Origin: Eledone cirrhosa
Taxonomy: Eukaryota
NCBI GenBank assembly: GCA_964016885.1
Contig: OZ024759.1
Location: 34,224,001-34,288,000, forward strand
Direction of reading: 5' to 3'
DNA: 64,000 nucleotides
The notes under the pieces are model-generated. The model saw only the letters and a program-made list of their open reading frames with translations, did not search any database and had not been told where the DNA came from. The first letter of the stretch is position 1, and the number at the start of each line of letters is the position of its first letter. The position numbers and the translations under genes are program-made. Below, in pieces: positions 1 through 13,352 of this stretch.

Positions 1-2039
1 TGAAATACTGTCAGCAGCAACACATCAACTTGACTGCCATTTCATCACTAGAGATTAAAAAACATAACCTCCAAAACAACATAATGTCCCTCATCAACAA
101 TCAGAGAAGAGCTGAAGAGGCCTGGGCCATTGAGAAGATCAAACTCAATCCCAAAGTGTTCTTTTCATTTGCAAGAAAACACAAAATCACTGGCTCTACT
201 GTTGGCCCTCTAATTGATGAAAATGGCACTCTTCAAGACAATGCTAAAACCATGGGTGAGATACTGCAGAAACAATACTGCTCTGTTTTCAGCAATCCTG
301 ATATGGTCGATCTGGGCTGTATCGGCGATGTTACTCCCCATTACACCTTATCGGACATAACGTTTGGCGCCCCTGATGTCTTGGCGGCAATAAAGGAAAT
401 CAAGCATAATTCAGCAGTAGGTCCCGATAGGTTCCCTGCTTGTGTCTTGAAGGCGTGTCAACACCAACTTGCTTCTCCTCTTGCCAATCTGTGGCGGAAC
501 TCACTGGATGCTGGATATGTGCCAGAAAACCTTCTATCCCAGTCTGTTGTCCCAGTTTTCAAAAAGGGAAACAAATCCCTTGCCGTGAATTACCGTCCAA
601 TCTCACTCACCTCTCATATCATTAAGGTATTTGAGCGAGTGGTGAGATCGCGAATGACCCACTTCCTTGAGAGTAACAATATGCTAAACTCCAACCAGCA
701 TGGATTCCGTAATGGAAGGGATTGCCTGACGCAACTACTGCATCACTTTGATGACATTTTGAGAGCCTTGGGAGAGGGTTCCAACACTGATGTTATCTAC
801 CTTGATTTCAGCAAGGCCTTTGACAGGGTTGATCATAACATTCTACTCAGAAAGCTGTCCAATATTGGTGTCACTGGTAAGCTGCTGCAGTGGATCAAGA
901 GCTTCCTGTCAAACAGAACCCAACATGTTGTAGTTGAGGGAGTCAAATCAAGCCCAGCCAAAGTCAGTAGTGGAGTCCCACAAGGCACTGTGTTGGGCCC
1001 ACTTCTCTTCATCATCTATATTAATGACATCACTGACATCATCAAACACAGCAACATTAAAATTTTCGCTGATGATTCCAAGCTCCAAAAGGTCATCAAT
1101 GGCGTGGATGACCGGATAAGCCTTCAGTCAGACCTACTGGCTGTTACCCAATGGGCAGAAAAGAACAACATGTTACTGAACGAAGACAAATTCGAACTGA
1201 TCCACTTTGGAAAAGAGGATGCTCTGAAACTCCCGTACTCCCTTCCCTCCGGGGAAACTCTCGTGGCATCTAACAACATCAGAGACTTGGGAGTAACCGT
1301 GGACAGCAACATAAGCTGGACCACGCATATAAGCAGCAAAGTTGACATGGCCCGCAGAATGTGTTCCTGGATCCTCAGAACCTTCCAGTCGAGAGATTCC
1401 CGCACCATTATCCTTCTCTTCTCTACTTTCGCCCGACCACACCTTGAATACTGTTGTCCACTGTGGTCTCCCCACACGAAACAAAGTATCATGAAACTTG
1501 AAGCTCCTCAAAGGGCAATCACGAAAAAGATAGATGGCATGTCAGACCTTGACTACTGGGGTCGATTGGAAAACCTGAAACTTTACTCACTCCAACGTCG
1601 CCGTGAGCGTTATATTATCTGCATGATGTGGAAAATGTTCCATCATCACTGCCCAAATGATGTTGGCATCGCCTTCAAGATACACCCAAGGCTTGGGCCC
1701 CGTGCTATCCGTCCCATTCAAAAATCTAAATCGCAACTCATAACAACAATACGGCACAATTATTTCACCTCAATCGGCCCTGCTCTCTTCAACATCACAC
1801 CAGGACACGTCAAAACAGAAACTGACCACACAAAATTCAAGAAGTCTTTGGACAAATTCCTCCAAGTAATCCCGGACAAACCACCCACACCCGGATATGT
1901 CTCCGCAAACAGTAATTCTCTTCTCGAATGGGCCATGGTGCCCAAATCCTGAATTGAAAGACTTCGCCAGGTGGTGCTATTAAGTTAGACATGGCCTGGG
2001 CCAATACTGGCCAAAACATTTCAAAGTTATTCAAAGTTA
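1..2039 (+). mobile_element. Non-LTR retrotransposon (CR1/Jockey-group LINE), 3' portion including 3'UTR and short terminal repeats
   Basis: RT-containing ORF, then an ~85 bp 3'UTR with a GGCCA-ATAC-TGGCC hairpin and TTCAAAGTTA x2 terminal repeats, running directly into (TA)n. A homologous 3' end occurs at 51297-51587. Confidence 0.92.
30..1952 (+). CDS. LINE ORF2 C-terminal part: reverse transcriptase domain (5'-incomplete; frame is open from base 3)
   Basis: Motifs [60 protein letters not shown] and LQRRRER. No stops over ~650 codons. Confidence 0.93.
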   Translation: MTAISSLEIKKHNLQNNIMSLINNQRRAEEAWAIEKIKLNPKVFFSFARKHKITGSTVGPLIDENGTLQDNAKTMGEILQKQYCSVFSNPDMVDLGCIGDVTPHYTLSDITFGAPDVLAAIKEIKHNSAVGPDRFPACVLKACQHQLASPLANLWRNSLDAGYVPENLLSQSVVPVFKKGNKSLAVNYRPISLTSHIIKVFERVVRSRMTHFLESNNMLNSNQHGFRNGRDCLTQLLHHFDDILRALGEGSNTDVIYLDFSKAFDRVDHNILLRKLSNIGVTGKLLQWIKSFLSNRTQHVVVEGVKSSPAKVSSGVPQGTVLGPLLFIIYINDITDIIKHSNIKIFADDSKLQKVINGVDDRISLQSDLLAVTQWAEKNNMLLNEDKFELIHFGKEDALKLPYSLPSGETLVASNNIRDLGVTVDSNISWTTHISSKVDMARRMCSWILRTFQSRDSRTIILLFSTFARPHLEYCCPLWSPHTKQSIMKLEAPQRAITKKIDGMSDLDYWGRLENLKLYSLQRRRERYIICMMWKMFHHHCPNDVGIAFKIHPRLGPRAIRPIQKSKSQLITTIRHNYFTSIGPALFNITPGHVKTETDHTKFKKSLDKFLQVIPDKPPTPGYVSANSNSLLEWAMVPKS

Positions 2040-2063
2040 TATATATATATATATATATACATG

Positions 2064-2112
<49 letters not shown>

Positions 2113-2153
2113 ATATATATCTATATTTATATATATATATATATATATACATG

Positions 2154-2236
<83 letters not shown>

Positions 2237-2311
2237 TTATATATATATACATGTATATATATATTTATATATATATATATATATATATATGTATTTATAT
2301 ATATATACATG

Positions 2312-2342
<31 letters not shown>

Positions 2343-2373
2343 ATATATATATGTATTTATATATATATACATG

Positions 2374-2404
<31 letters not shown>

Positions 2405-2447
2405 ATATATATATGTATTTATATATATATACATGTATATATATATA

Positions 2448-2488
<41 letters not shown>

Positions 2489-2573
2489 GTATTTATATAT
2501 ATATACATGTATATATATATGTATTTATATATATATACATGTATATATATATGTATTTATATATATATACATG

Positions 2574-2637
<64 letters not shown>

Positions 2638-2909
2638 CATGTATATATATATATATTTATATATATATATATTTATATATATATATATATATACATGTAT
2701 ATATATATATATTTATATATATATATATACATGTATATATATATATATTTATATATATATATATACATGTATATATATATATATTTATATATATATATAT
2801 ATACATGTATATATATATATATTTATATATATATATATATACATGTATATATATATATATTTATATATATATATATATGTATATATATTTATATATATAT
2901 ATATATACT

Positions 2910-2980
<71 letters not shown>
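2039..2980. repeat. Long (TA)n-derived compound microsatellite with recurring TACATGTA and TTTA variants
   Basis: Directly visible; source of the YI-repeat pseudo-ORFs. Confidence 0.97.
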
Positions 2981-2982
<2 letters not shown>

Positions 2983-3643
2983 GGAGAGAGAGATAATGTA
3001 CATCTACCTAGGTTACATGGACACACGTCTGTAGCTCAGTTCCTAAGATTTCTTCTCCACACCTCTAACTATTGAGATGAAAGAGAAACTGTATGTCTTT
3101 GTAAGTGCGTTCCTATATCTGTATTGCTTCATGCTTATATGGAAATATATGTAAATGTGTATGCCTGAATGCATTAACCAATGTGTTTATGCATCGGTGT
3201 GTGGGTTTGCATTTACATGTGAGAATATGCGTTGTGTATATATATGAACTTTATATGTTCGTTGGTATATGTGCTTATTTGTGTTGAGTGTGTTTGTCTT
3301 CATATATGGATCTCTAAATGTAATATACAGATGTGTATATGTGTATGATTTGAATGACAATGTGGGTATGTGTTGAAGTATATGTCTCTGTGTATGTGTG
3401 TATATCTGTGTGCATATGTGCATGAGTGTGTATGTGTGTATGTGTGTATATGTGAATGTCTTGGTTTGTACTAATAGATGTGTAAAGATCATGAAAGTTC
3501 TGTCAAACTAAACAGGAATCACATTCGTTAAATGCAGCCTCACATAAACACACAACACACAAACCTACCTGCATACACGTGTTCCAAACATTCATACAAC
3601 TCTGACTATATAAACATATATATATTAATAGACACATACATAC

Positions 3644-3716
<73 letters not shown>

Positions 3717-3865
3717 GTACGTATCGAGAGAGAGAAGGAGGGATAGGTGATACATATAGTTATTTTCCAATAGCGAATGCAAAGGGAGCTCAATACTAGT
3801 GTCGGCAGTGTTAAATATTAGAAGTGTTAATATCTAGTGGGCGAGAGAATTAACAGAGAGTAAGC

Positions 3866-3914
<49 letters not shown>

Positions 3915-3953
3915 TGTATATATATATATATATATATTTACACACAAGAACGC

Positions 3954-3984
<31 letters not shown>

Positions 3985-4494
3985 GCATGTGTGTATAATG
4001 ATATCATATATTATTTCCAATCACAATATCACACATACACACACACAACGTACATGCATCATGCTACTCATAAAGGCATATCAGGTGACAATCGACGAAC
4101 GATATCGCAATAATATCTTCTATAATATTTCTGTTGAAAACGATTCGACGAAAAGTTTTTCTAACTTCTACACTTTGACATGAATCCTTAGAATTATTCC
4201 ATCTTAATATAACATATTTAAATCAGCAAGAAATTCATTAAACATACCGTAGGAATATCAGAGATGCCAAGATGGATATAGAAGCAACTAGAAAGCAGGA
4301 CTTTCTTCGAGGAAAATTACATCTTTTCATTATTTCCTTCTGATGTCCGTCCGTGACAATTCGAAGCAGTTTCTGTTCGTTCTGGCGACCATCTCCAACA
4401 TATTTTGTTAGAATCTCTACTTTCTTATTTTATGTTACAGCTTTCTTATTTTATGTTATGGCTTCATAAACTTACTCCTATATATATATACTTG

Positions 4495-4601
<107 letters not shown>

Positions 4602-4673
4602 CACACATACAAATCACACACACAGATGTAAATACATACATATATATATAATATATATACACACACACACATG

Positions 4674-4705
<32 letters not shown>

Positions 4706-4880
4706 TAGTGTCTCCCTGCGTGTGTGAAATTAAATACTCTGTATTATATATTCTATATCATTTATCCCTTATTAAGGTAACTCAGTCTCTCGGGTGTTTC
4801 GCGTATGTACTGAAACAAAAGACCAGACAAAACTGTTTTGTGTGTGTGTTTGCTACCGTCTGTGGGTCTGTGTAAATAAT

Positions 4881-5183
4881 GATTTCTAGTATAGGTACAA
4901 GGCCAGTATTTTAGGGGGGAGGGGAAGTCAATTAAATCGACCCAAGTACGTTACTGGTACTTTACTTTATCGACCCGTAATGATGAAAGACAAAGATAAC
5001 CTCGGCGGGTTTTGAACTCACAACGTAAAAGGTCGTAATGTTTGTATAAATACTTGTTTCTACTTTAGGCACAAGGCCAGCAATTACCCAGTGCATTACT
5101 GGTACTTTATTTTATCGACCCCGTAAGGATGAAAGGTAAAGTCAACCTCTGCGGGATTTGAACTCAGATCGTAAAGGGACGTA
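4881..5183 (-). mobile_element. Two tandem 5'-truncated tRNA-derived SINE copies; the second (5055-5183) has an 18-bp target-site duplication
   Basis: Match to the SINE at 27333-27524 (GAGTTCAAATCCCGCCGAGGTTAACTTTGCCTTTCATCC..ATAAAATAAAGTACCAG..GGCCTTGTGCC). AATGTTTGTATAAATACT occurs at 5037-5054 and 5184-5201. Confidence 0.88.
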
Positions 5184-5654
5184 AATGTTTGTATAAATAC
5201 TAAACACAAGACACCAACAGTTAAGAACTCTGCTAACGTCTTTACTCATGGTACAATCACACAAAAAATGTCTCGCATGTAATAATAAACAGCCACGACT
5301 TTGTCTAAATTTACTTTCTATATCATCTGATTTTAAAATTCCGAAACCAATGAAATGCCGTCGTCACTAAAATAACCCATTCAATCAATTTCTTCTCTAT
5401 GTTTCAAATTTCTGCTTCAGATTGCAAAATGTTTTAAAAATAAATTGCAAAAGAAGGAAAAACCATCAAAGTCAAGCAAATTCCATTATGGCGATGTACG
5501 CTACAGTAACCCCTTAAATGTTTCAAGTACAACATATATTTAAATAAAAGTTATATGAGAGTTTACAGTAAACTTATGGACACAGAATGGTTTAGAGTTT
5601 AAGAAGTTTTCTTTGTAAACATTAAGTCCTGCTTTCGAATCCATTACATAAAAA

Positions 5655-5760
5655 CTTGCCTTTTTTATTTTATCGAAGTCAAATGGAAACTCGGCGGGAT
5701 TTGAACTCAATGAGAAGAGAAACGAGACAAACACTACGCAGCACTCTAGCTGACGTTCCA
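5655..5760 (-). mobile_element. Degenerate SINE fragment (same family)
   Basis: TTTATTTTATCG...CTCGGCGGGATTTGAACTCA. Confidence 0.6.
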
Positions 5761-5821
5761 ACTACTCTAACATTTTGTACATATACATATGCATACACAC
5801 ACACACATACACATATATATG

Positions 5822-5856
<35 letters not shown>

Positions 5857-5869
<13 letters not shown>

Positions 5870-5964
5870 TATATATATATCTATATATACACATATATCT
5901 ATATATACACATATATCTATATATACACATATATCTATATATACACATATATCTATATATACAC

Positions 5965-5997
<33 letters not shown>

Positions 5998-6053
5998 TCT
6001 ATATATACACATATATCTATATATACACATATATCTATATATACACATATATC

Positions 6054-6087
<34 letters not shown>

Positions 6088-6140
6088 TCTATATATACAC
6101 ATATATCTATATATATATACACATATATCTATATATATAT
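5857..6140. repeat. 18-bp minisatellite (ATATACACATATATCTAT) within (TA)n
   Basis: Tandem units directly visible. Confidence 0.9.
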
Positions 6141-6227
6141 ACACACAAACATTTGTTTCTATGAAGTACGTAACAGTTGTGACGTAGGTCAATAAACAAA
6201 AGTTGCAGATGTAAAGACGTATCTCTT

Positions 6228-6271
<44 letters not shown>

Positions 6272-6439
6272 GGTGGTGACGAACGTGTACTGACTCATAA
6301 ACGTAGAATCACAGACTTTATCTATAGACACTTTAAAATTTCTAACGCCTCAAAATGCTATATAAACATGAAAAACACTGGCTTCTAAATACTATAGTCA
6401 GCGTCTAAATATGGTAATTGATTATGATACATAAAAGAA

Positions 6440-6488
<49 letters not shown>

Positions 6489-6548
6489 ATAATAATAAAT
6501 TTTATATATATATTTATGTATATAAATATATAAATAAACATACACGCA

Positions 6549-6582
<34 letters not shown>

Positions 6583-6688
6583 TACGTGTATGTTTATTTA
6601 TATAGAGAGATATTATATATAAATATATATATATATTTATGTATATTTATGTATATGTATATATATATATTGTTATACTTTGGGAGGG

Positions 6689-6723
<35 letters not shown>

Positions 6724-6902
6724 GTCCATCGTGTGGAGCCAATATATTTACATTGGAGACATAGATAAAAATAGAAGATAGATTTATCGGAGACGAAGTT
6801 TAATACAAGCAATCTGAATTGTATTTATATATGTGTAAAAATAATCTATTTTGATAGCTATCTCTCCCCATGTCTCATCTCTCTCTATCTCTATCTCTCT
6901 CA

Positions 6903-6933
<31 letters not shown>

Positions 6934-7246
6934 ATACTCCGTTCATTCTCTGTCTCTCTTCGCTACCCTCCAACTTTCTTTCCTTCTCTGTCTAGAACCT
7001 CGCTCTCTATCTCTATCTCCCTCTCTCTATCTATCTATATATCCATCTCTCTCTCTTTCCTTCTGTCTAGAAGACCTCCGTCACTCTTATCTCTCACACA
7101 CACTCACTTTCTCTCCATCTCTCTCTCTCTCTCTCCATCTCTCTCTCGCTCTCTCTCTATCTCCCTCTCCCTCTATCTCTCTCTCTCTCTTATTCCCTCT
7201 CTGCTTCCTTCTCTGTCTCGAGTCTCGATCTCCTCCGTCACTCCTA

Positions 7247-7277
<31 letters not shown>

Positions 7278-7682
7278 CTCTCTCTCTCTCTATCTCCCCC
7301 TTCTCTCTCTGCTCTCTTCTCTGTCTAGAACCACCTTCCTATTCCACCCTCTACCACCATGCCACCCTCCCTCCACCATACCACCCTTCACCACATCACT
7401 CACTCCCTCTTTGACCAACAAATAATAAAGTCTATGGCTAGTTTTTCGCATCAGTTTACAGTTGTCAGACAGAATATAGTTTACGCTAACGTCCCTCTAT
7501 ATAATAGTATTAATGACCAAACCTAAAGACATGTTCGGGTCCTAATTTAACTATTCAGCATGCCAATAAACACTGGTCATTCTTCAAATTCATGTCAAAC
7601 ATCACGCTATCAGTTATCTAACTCTCAACATTTCTAGACTCAAACACCTTATTATAGAAATTATGGCAAACAGTTTCCTTCG

Positions 7683-7718
<36 letters not shown>

Positions 7719-7756
7719 ATATGTATATATGTATATGCATATGCATATATATTTGT

Positions 7757-7806
<50 letters not shown>

Positions 7807-7925
7807 CGTATGTATGTGTATATATATATATATATATATAAATACATATATGTATGTGTGGGTATTTGTATAAGTGTATATATTATATATACATACATAT
7901 ATATAAAAATGTTTGTATACATATT

Positions 7926-7961
<36 letters not shown>

Positions 7962-8029
7962 CATATATGTATGTGTGGGGGTTTGTATACGTGTATATAT
8001 ACATACATATGTATAAAAATGTTTGTGTG

Positions 8030-8079
<50 letters not shown>

Positions 8080-8120
8080 TCCACAGATTTATATACATAT
8101 ATATATATCTATATATACAT

Positions 8121-8151
<31 letters not shown>

Positions 8152-8153
8152 TA

Positions 8154-8198
<45 letters not shown>

Positions 8199-8389
8199 AT
8201 GTACTTAAAGCTCAGAAACTGTTTTTAGACTTTTTAATGGTTTGTCGTGTTTATGTCGGAAGTGAAATCAAATTTGGTTAAATGTATCTTGGCAAGAAAC
8301 TCTTCCAACTGTCAATTAATAAACACGACTATCTGAGTTCAAATAATGGGTGTGCCATATATGGGCCTCCGTCACTTTTGGCGATGAGT

Positions 8390-8575
8390 GTTGAGGTCCA
8401 TTGACTGAAATTAACGTACAACCGACTAAGTGTTCCCAAAATTAGTTCATGTTTAGGATAGTCCTTCCGGGTGAATCAACGTTATACAGTCTGTGTGACA
8501 GGGCTGGCCCCTTAAATTGCACGTGCCCTTTTTTTAACCAGCGGAATGGACTGTAGTATTGAAGTGTCCTTCTCT
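8390..8575. mobile_element. Degenerate second SINE family remnant (related pieces at 24215-24310 and 60910-61135)
   Basis: Motifs GAAATTAACGT / TGTGACAGGGCTGGCCC recur at 60911 (ATTAATGTAC) and 61097 (GTGACGAGGCTGGCTC). Family identity is inferred from memory of octopus SINEs. Confidence 0.5.
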
Positions 8576-8657
8576 GAGCCCCATATCTGTAACTAGAATC
8601 GCTTTCCGATCTTATCTATCGTGAGTAAAATACTAACTACTAAGTTACAACCATTAA

Positions 8658-8841
8658 CTTCTTTTTCTTTTTCTTTTTCTTTTTCTTTTTCTTTTTCTTT
8701 TTCTTTTTCTTTTTCTTTCTTTTCTTTTCTTTTCTTTTCTTTTCTTTTCTTTTCTTTTCTTTTCTTTTCTTTTCTTTTCTTTTCTTTTCTTTTCTTTTCT
8801 TTTCTTTTTTTCTTTTTCTTTTTCTTTTTCTTTTTCTTTTT
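8658..8841. repeat. (TTTTC)n/(TTTTTC)n polypyrimidine microsatellite
   Basis: Directly visible. Confidence 0.95.
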
Positions 8842-9121
8842 CATCATTCTATTCCCAGTCCTCATCCCCCAGCTCCCCCCTCGTCTCCCTTCTTCTCCTT
8901 CGCCCACCTATTCTATGAAGGGTTGTGTTGGAGGGACAGAGTTTGCCAAAAACTCCTTCTAGCTGATCCCGGCAGATACAAGCATCCCGAGGTGAAAGCA
9001 ACTAAGTTCCTGGATATTATGCAATCATTTAGATATGTTGTCTGACTTTGGCTCTCCTGTTGGTTGGATTTGCCTGTGCAATAAGTGCAACGATTCTTTC
9101 CTGAGACATTCTAATTGTAAA

Positions 9122-9282
9122 AGACTATTGGTATGGACATGTGATGCACATGGATGATCATTGCTGGGTGAAGAAGTGCCAGGAAATCTCAGTGATAGGA
9201 AGCTGCAGTAGAAGTAAACCAAGGAAGACCTGAACAGAGGTGGTGAGAACTGATTTCAAATATCTGAGGCTCACAGAGGGAA
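9122..9282 (+). pseudogene. RTE-clade LINE C-terminal fragment
   Basis: Translates WYGHVMHMDDHCWVKKCQEISVIGSCSRSKPRKT*TEVVRTD, matching the RTE pattern W.GHV.RM...GRPRKTW..VV..D. Confidence 0.75.
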
Positions 9283-9638
9283 TGGATATTTTGCAATCAT
9301 TTAGATATGTTGTCTGACTTTGGCTCACCTGTTGGTTGGATTTGCCTGTACAATCAGTGCAACGATTCTTTCCTGAGACATTCTAATTCTAAATTATCTA
9401 TCGAGGCAACACTTAAATACTTGACAAATATTTACTGTGTCCAAGCAATCTTAAATAAAATGTGAGTTGATGGAGGCTAAATATCTTATAATCGCAGTAA
9501 CACTCCAGACAATACCATTAAATTGTTGCTTCACCAGCACCACCTCTCTTCATTTCACACTTTCATACTTTGTGTATCCAAATATAGTTGCACAAAAATA
9601 TACGAGAAAGTCTCCCTCCCCCTCACCCCGTCTCTCTT

Positions 9639-9691
<53 letters not shown>

Positions 9692-9788
9692 GCATATATG
9701 TATATATATACACAAATATACATGCATCTATATATCTATGGATGTTATTGTCTTAATACAACATAACATAACATATATATATTTATTA

Positions 9789-9883
<95 letters not shown>

Positions 9884-10126
9884 TGAAGTATATACGCGTA
9901 TGTCTAGGGTAAACTTTGGCAAACATTGTCCATCTTCGTTGACAGATATCAGCTATTTTAGTCTCTCTATATATTCAGTCTGTTTAGCGAGTTGTTTTAT
10001 TTCTATCATTGAAGAAACTAGATAGAAAAAACACACAATGCTACACAACATATATACCTATATTCAATTTCCCATTGATTCGTCACCAATATAACTAATA
10101 TCATCACATTAGACAGACTAAAACAC

Positions 10127-10650
10127 TTGTTGCTGTTGTGGTTGTGGTGGTTGTTGTGGTTGTGGTTGTTGTTGTGGTTGTGGCGGTGGTTGTGGTGGTT
10201 GTTGTGGTTGTTGTGGTTGTGGTTGTGGTGGTTGTTGCGGTTGTGGTTGTTGTTGTTGTGGTTGTGGCTGTGGTTGTTGTCGGTGTGGTGGTGGTGGTGG
10301 TTGTTGTTGTTGTGGTTGTGGCGGTGGTTGTGGCTGTGGTTGTTGTTGCTGTGGTGGTGGTGGTGGTTGTGGTTGTTGTGGTTGTGGTGGTGGTTGTTGT
10401 TGTTGTGGTTGTGGTTGTTGTGGTTGTGGTTGTGGCTGTAGTTGTTGTTGTGGTGGTGGTGGTTGTGGTTGTTGTTGTTGTGGTTGTTGTTGTTGTGGTG
10501 GTGGTGGTTGTTGTGGCTGTGGCTGTGGTTGTTGTTGTTGTGGTTGTTGTGGTGGTGGTTGTGGTTGTTGTGATCGGTGTTGTGGTGTTTGTGGTTGTGG
10601 TGGTTGTTGTGGTTGTTGTTGTTGTTGGGGTTGTAGTTGTAGTTGTTTTG
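10127..10650. repeat. (GTT/GTG)n trinucleotide microsatellite
   Basis: Directly visible. Confidence 0.95.
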
Positions 10651-11695
10651 TTTCCGTCTTTTGATTCTGTCTTTTTTTCTTCTTCTTCTTCTTCGTCTTC
10701 TTTTTTTCTTTTCTTCTTCTTATCATCGTTTGCTACGGACCTGTTCACATCGGCTCCAGAAGGTTGGTTACTTTGAGTTGTTTCAAAATGGAATTTGTTG
10801 AATATTTTTTCCACAAACTGTATATAAGGTCCCATTCATTGACCTGTGTAAATGTGACCCTTTAATATTTGGATCATTTTGGCCCTAATATTTCAACTCT
10901 GTTATTCTTTAAATTGTTGTATCGAAGAGAGAAAAAAACATGGCTAAGCCACGCCGCCCAATTTTAAGTCTGACACCGTGTGACAGGGACTTAAAAGTTG
11001 AGAGGAGGAACACGTCAGACTCAACTTGCACCATTGCTAACACTAGTAACAAGATATTTAATACATGTAACAACAAATGTAACAACACCACCACCAACAA
11101 CAACATTAACAATAAGAGCAACTACAGCAACAGTAAGAACACTAACACGAGCATTCAGTAAAGAAGTAGCGATAGGAGAAAATAAAACGAAAGGTCTTTT
11201 GGAGTTGGCAGACTCGTATATCGCGCTCGTCATCTACTACCGCCTGACCGTTGGCCCTTGTCCCCGTCCGTGCCTCACCAATTTGTAGCGGCACCTCTTC
11301 TTCTTCTTCTTCTATTACTACTACTATATCTTCTTCTTATTCCTCTTTTTCTTCTTCCTCTTTTCGTTCTTATTTCGTATCATCCTTCTCAACATCCTCC
11401 TCCTAATTCTTCTTCGATAATGCCAGAGGGAGAGAGAGAGTGTGTGAGAGAGAGAGAGAGAGAGAGAGTCTGAGTGAGGGAGAGAGAGACAGTATGTGTG
11501 TGAGAGAGATATAGAGAGAGAGAGCGAGAGTGACCCAACTTGTGTTTAGAAACCTTTAAAATATATAGAGGTAATAAGCAGATGTCAACGGAGATGGATG
11601 AAAATAGAATTGGATAAAAATAAACAATGCCGAGAAGATATATATATATATATATACATAAATAGGTATACATATATATATATTTATATATATAT

Positions 11696-11741
<46 letters not shown>

Positions 11742-11879
11742 GAATAGGTGTATATATATATATATATATATACATGAATAGGTATATATATAAATATATA
11801 TACATGAATAGGTATATATATATATATATATACACGCATGAATACGTATAAATATATATATATATATATACATGAATAC

Positions 11880-11911
<32 letters not shown>

Positions 11912-11936
11912 GGACCCGGGATAAACATATATATAC

Positions 11937-11967
<31 letters not shown>

Positions 11968-12007
11968 CATATATATATACAGAGAGAGAGAGATGTATAC
12001 ATATATA

Positions 12008-12045
<38 letters not shown>

Positions 12046-12068
12046 CATTTATAAATATATATATATAC

Positions 12069-12101
<33 letters not shown>

Positions 12102-12844
12102 CATTTATATCGGGTTACTTAAAACCATTTCAGTTCTCTTATGTTGTATTTTGTGGGGTTTTCTTGTGTTTTTGTTGTTATTGCTTTTTAGGAAAGGGGG
12201 GGGGGGGGGGTAGTGACAAGATGATGGTGGTGGGGTTGTTGTTGTTGTTGTTGTTTGTGTTGAAATGTTTCCGTCTATATCAGAATGAAAGAATGGAATT
12301 TTCAGATGCATTCTTTTTATACATCTCAAGTTATGAAATCGATTGAAGAAAAGAAATAACTAGAGATGGGCGCGTGTGGGTTGGTTTGAGTTGGTAGGAA
12401 ATAGAAGTAGATGCTTCTGTTGTTAGGTGCAGATTGAGTGATCTGGTCATGAATATAGAATGAAAGGTATTGTTTCTTTCAAATGTGTATTAAATCATTC
12501 TCACATATTACTCTACAGCCGTCACTTACAATCGAGTAAGACTTGGTAGTATTTTCTACATTTTTTTTTTTTTTAAGAGGTTTTAGGTGAAAATACCTCC
12601 GGCAAGTTGCGAGCAATTATACACACGTTGCCGTTCCATCCAATCCCGTCCCCAATCTGGCACTTCCTAAACCTAGGGCTATATAATTCAGGAGTAAGTT
12701 ATATAAAACTGCCTGAGTGTCAAGGTGAAGATGTTCGTGAATTTCGAAAGGTCAGTTTGACCTGTTGAAACAAAAGATGACATTGATGGGACTTTGATGG
12801 GAGGAGAGGTCAACTCTTTTAGTCCAAGTACAATTTATACATAG

Positions 12845-12903
<59 letters not shown>

Positions 12904-12979
12904 AGTGTGTGTGTGTGTATATATATATATAAATGGGGGTTTTATTAATTGAAAAACAAAACGAGATGTCCTATATACA

Positions 12980-13021
<42 letters not shown>

Positions 13022-13074
13022 CATATCTTTGTAAAAGGTAAACAGAAATAACAACACAATCGGTACAATATATG

Positions 13075-13104
<30 letters not shown>

Positions 13105-13111
<7 letters not shown>

Positions 13112-13338
13112 GTGAGGTTTTTTTTACAAAATGAAAAATAACCGAATTGTCCTACACGAGTGAAAGTATAAAGAAAAAACTGGAGTCATATTTTTAAAAA
13201 TATATATATATTTTTGTGGTTCCTTTACCGGTTTCGCAGTTCTTCTGCTTTTCAAAAGTAGAGTTGAGATGGAGGGTCTGTGGTTTTTCTCACCAGATGT
13301 GAGAAAAACCACAGACCCTCAATCTCAACTCTACTTTT
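13105..13338 (-). mobile_element. Hairpin element family A (PLE pLTR-like remnant) with terminal fold-back 13254-13338
   Basis: Near-identical to 50350-50687. 40-bp inverted arms with a 5-nt loop; begins at the edge of a (TA)n tract. Confidence 0.75.
13223..13258 (-). ncRNA. Minimal type I hammerhead ribozyme motif, U3:A8 core variant
   Basis: Minus strand: CTT-TTGAAAA-GCAG(AAGAA)CTGC-GAAA-CCGG-TA-AAG. Confidence 0.6.
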
Positions 13339-13352
13339 TATGAAACCATATG

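Noticed and set aside
10104-10835. Thr-rich 'mucin-like' 243-aa ORF
   Set aside because: Mostly a (GTT/GTG)n and (TTC)n microsatellite open in multiple frames; no signal peptide or domain is recognisable.
12630-12720. Two CCAAT boxes followed by TATA-like TATATAAAA
   Set aside because: Such motifs are frequent by chance in AT-rich DNA and no downstream exon or ORF supports a promoter.
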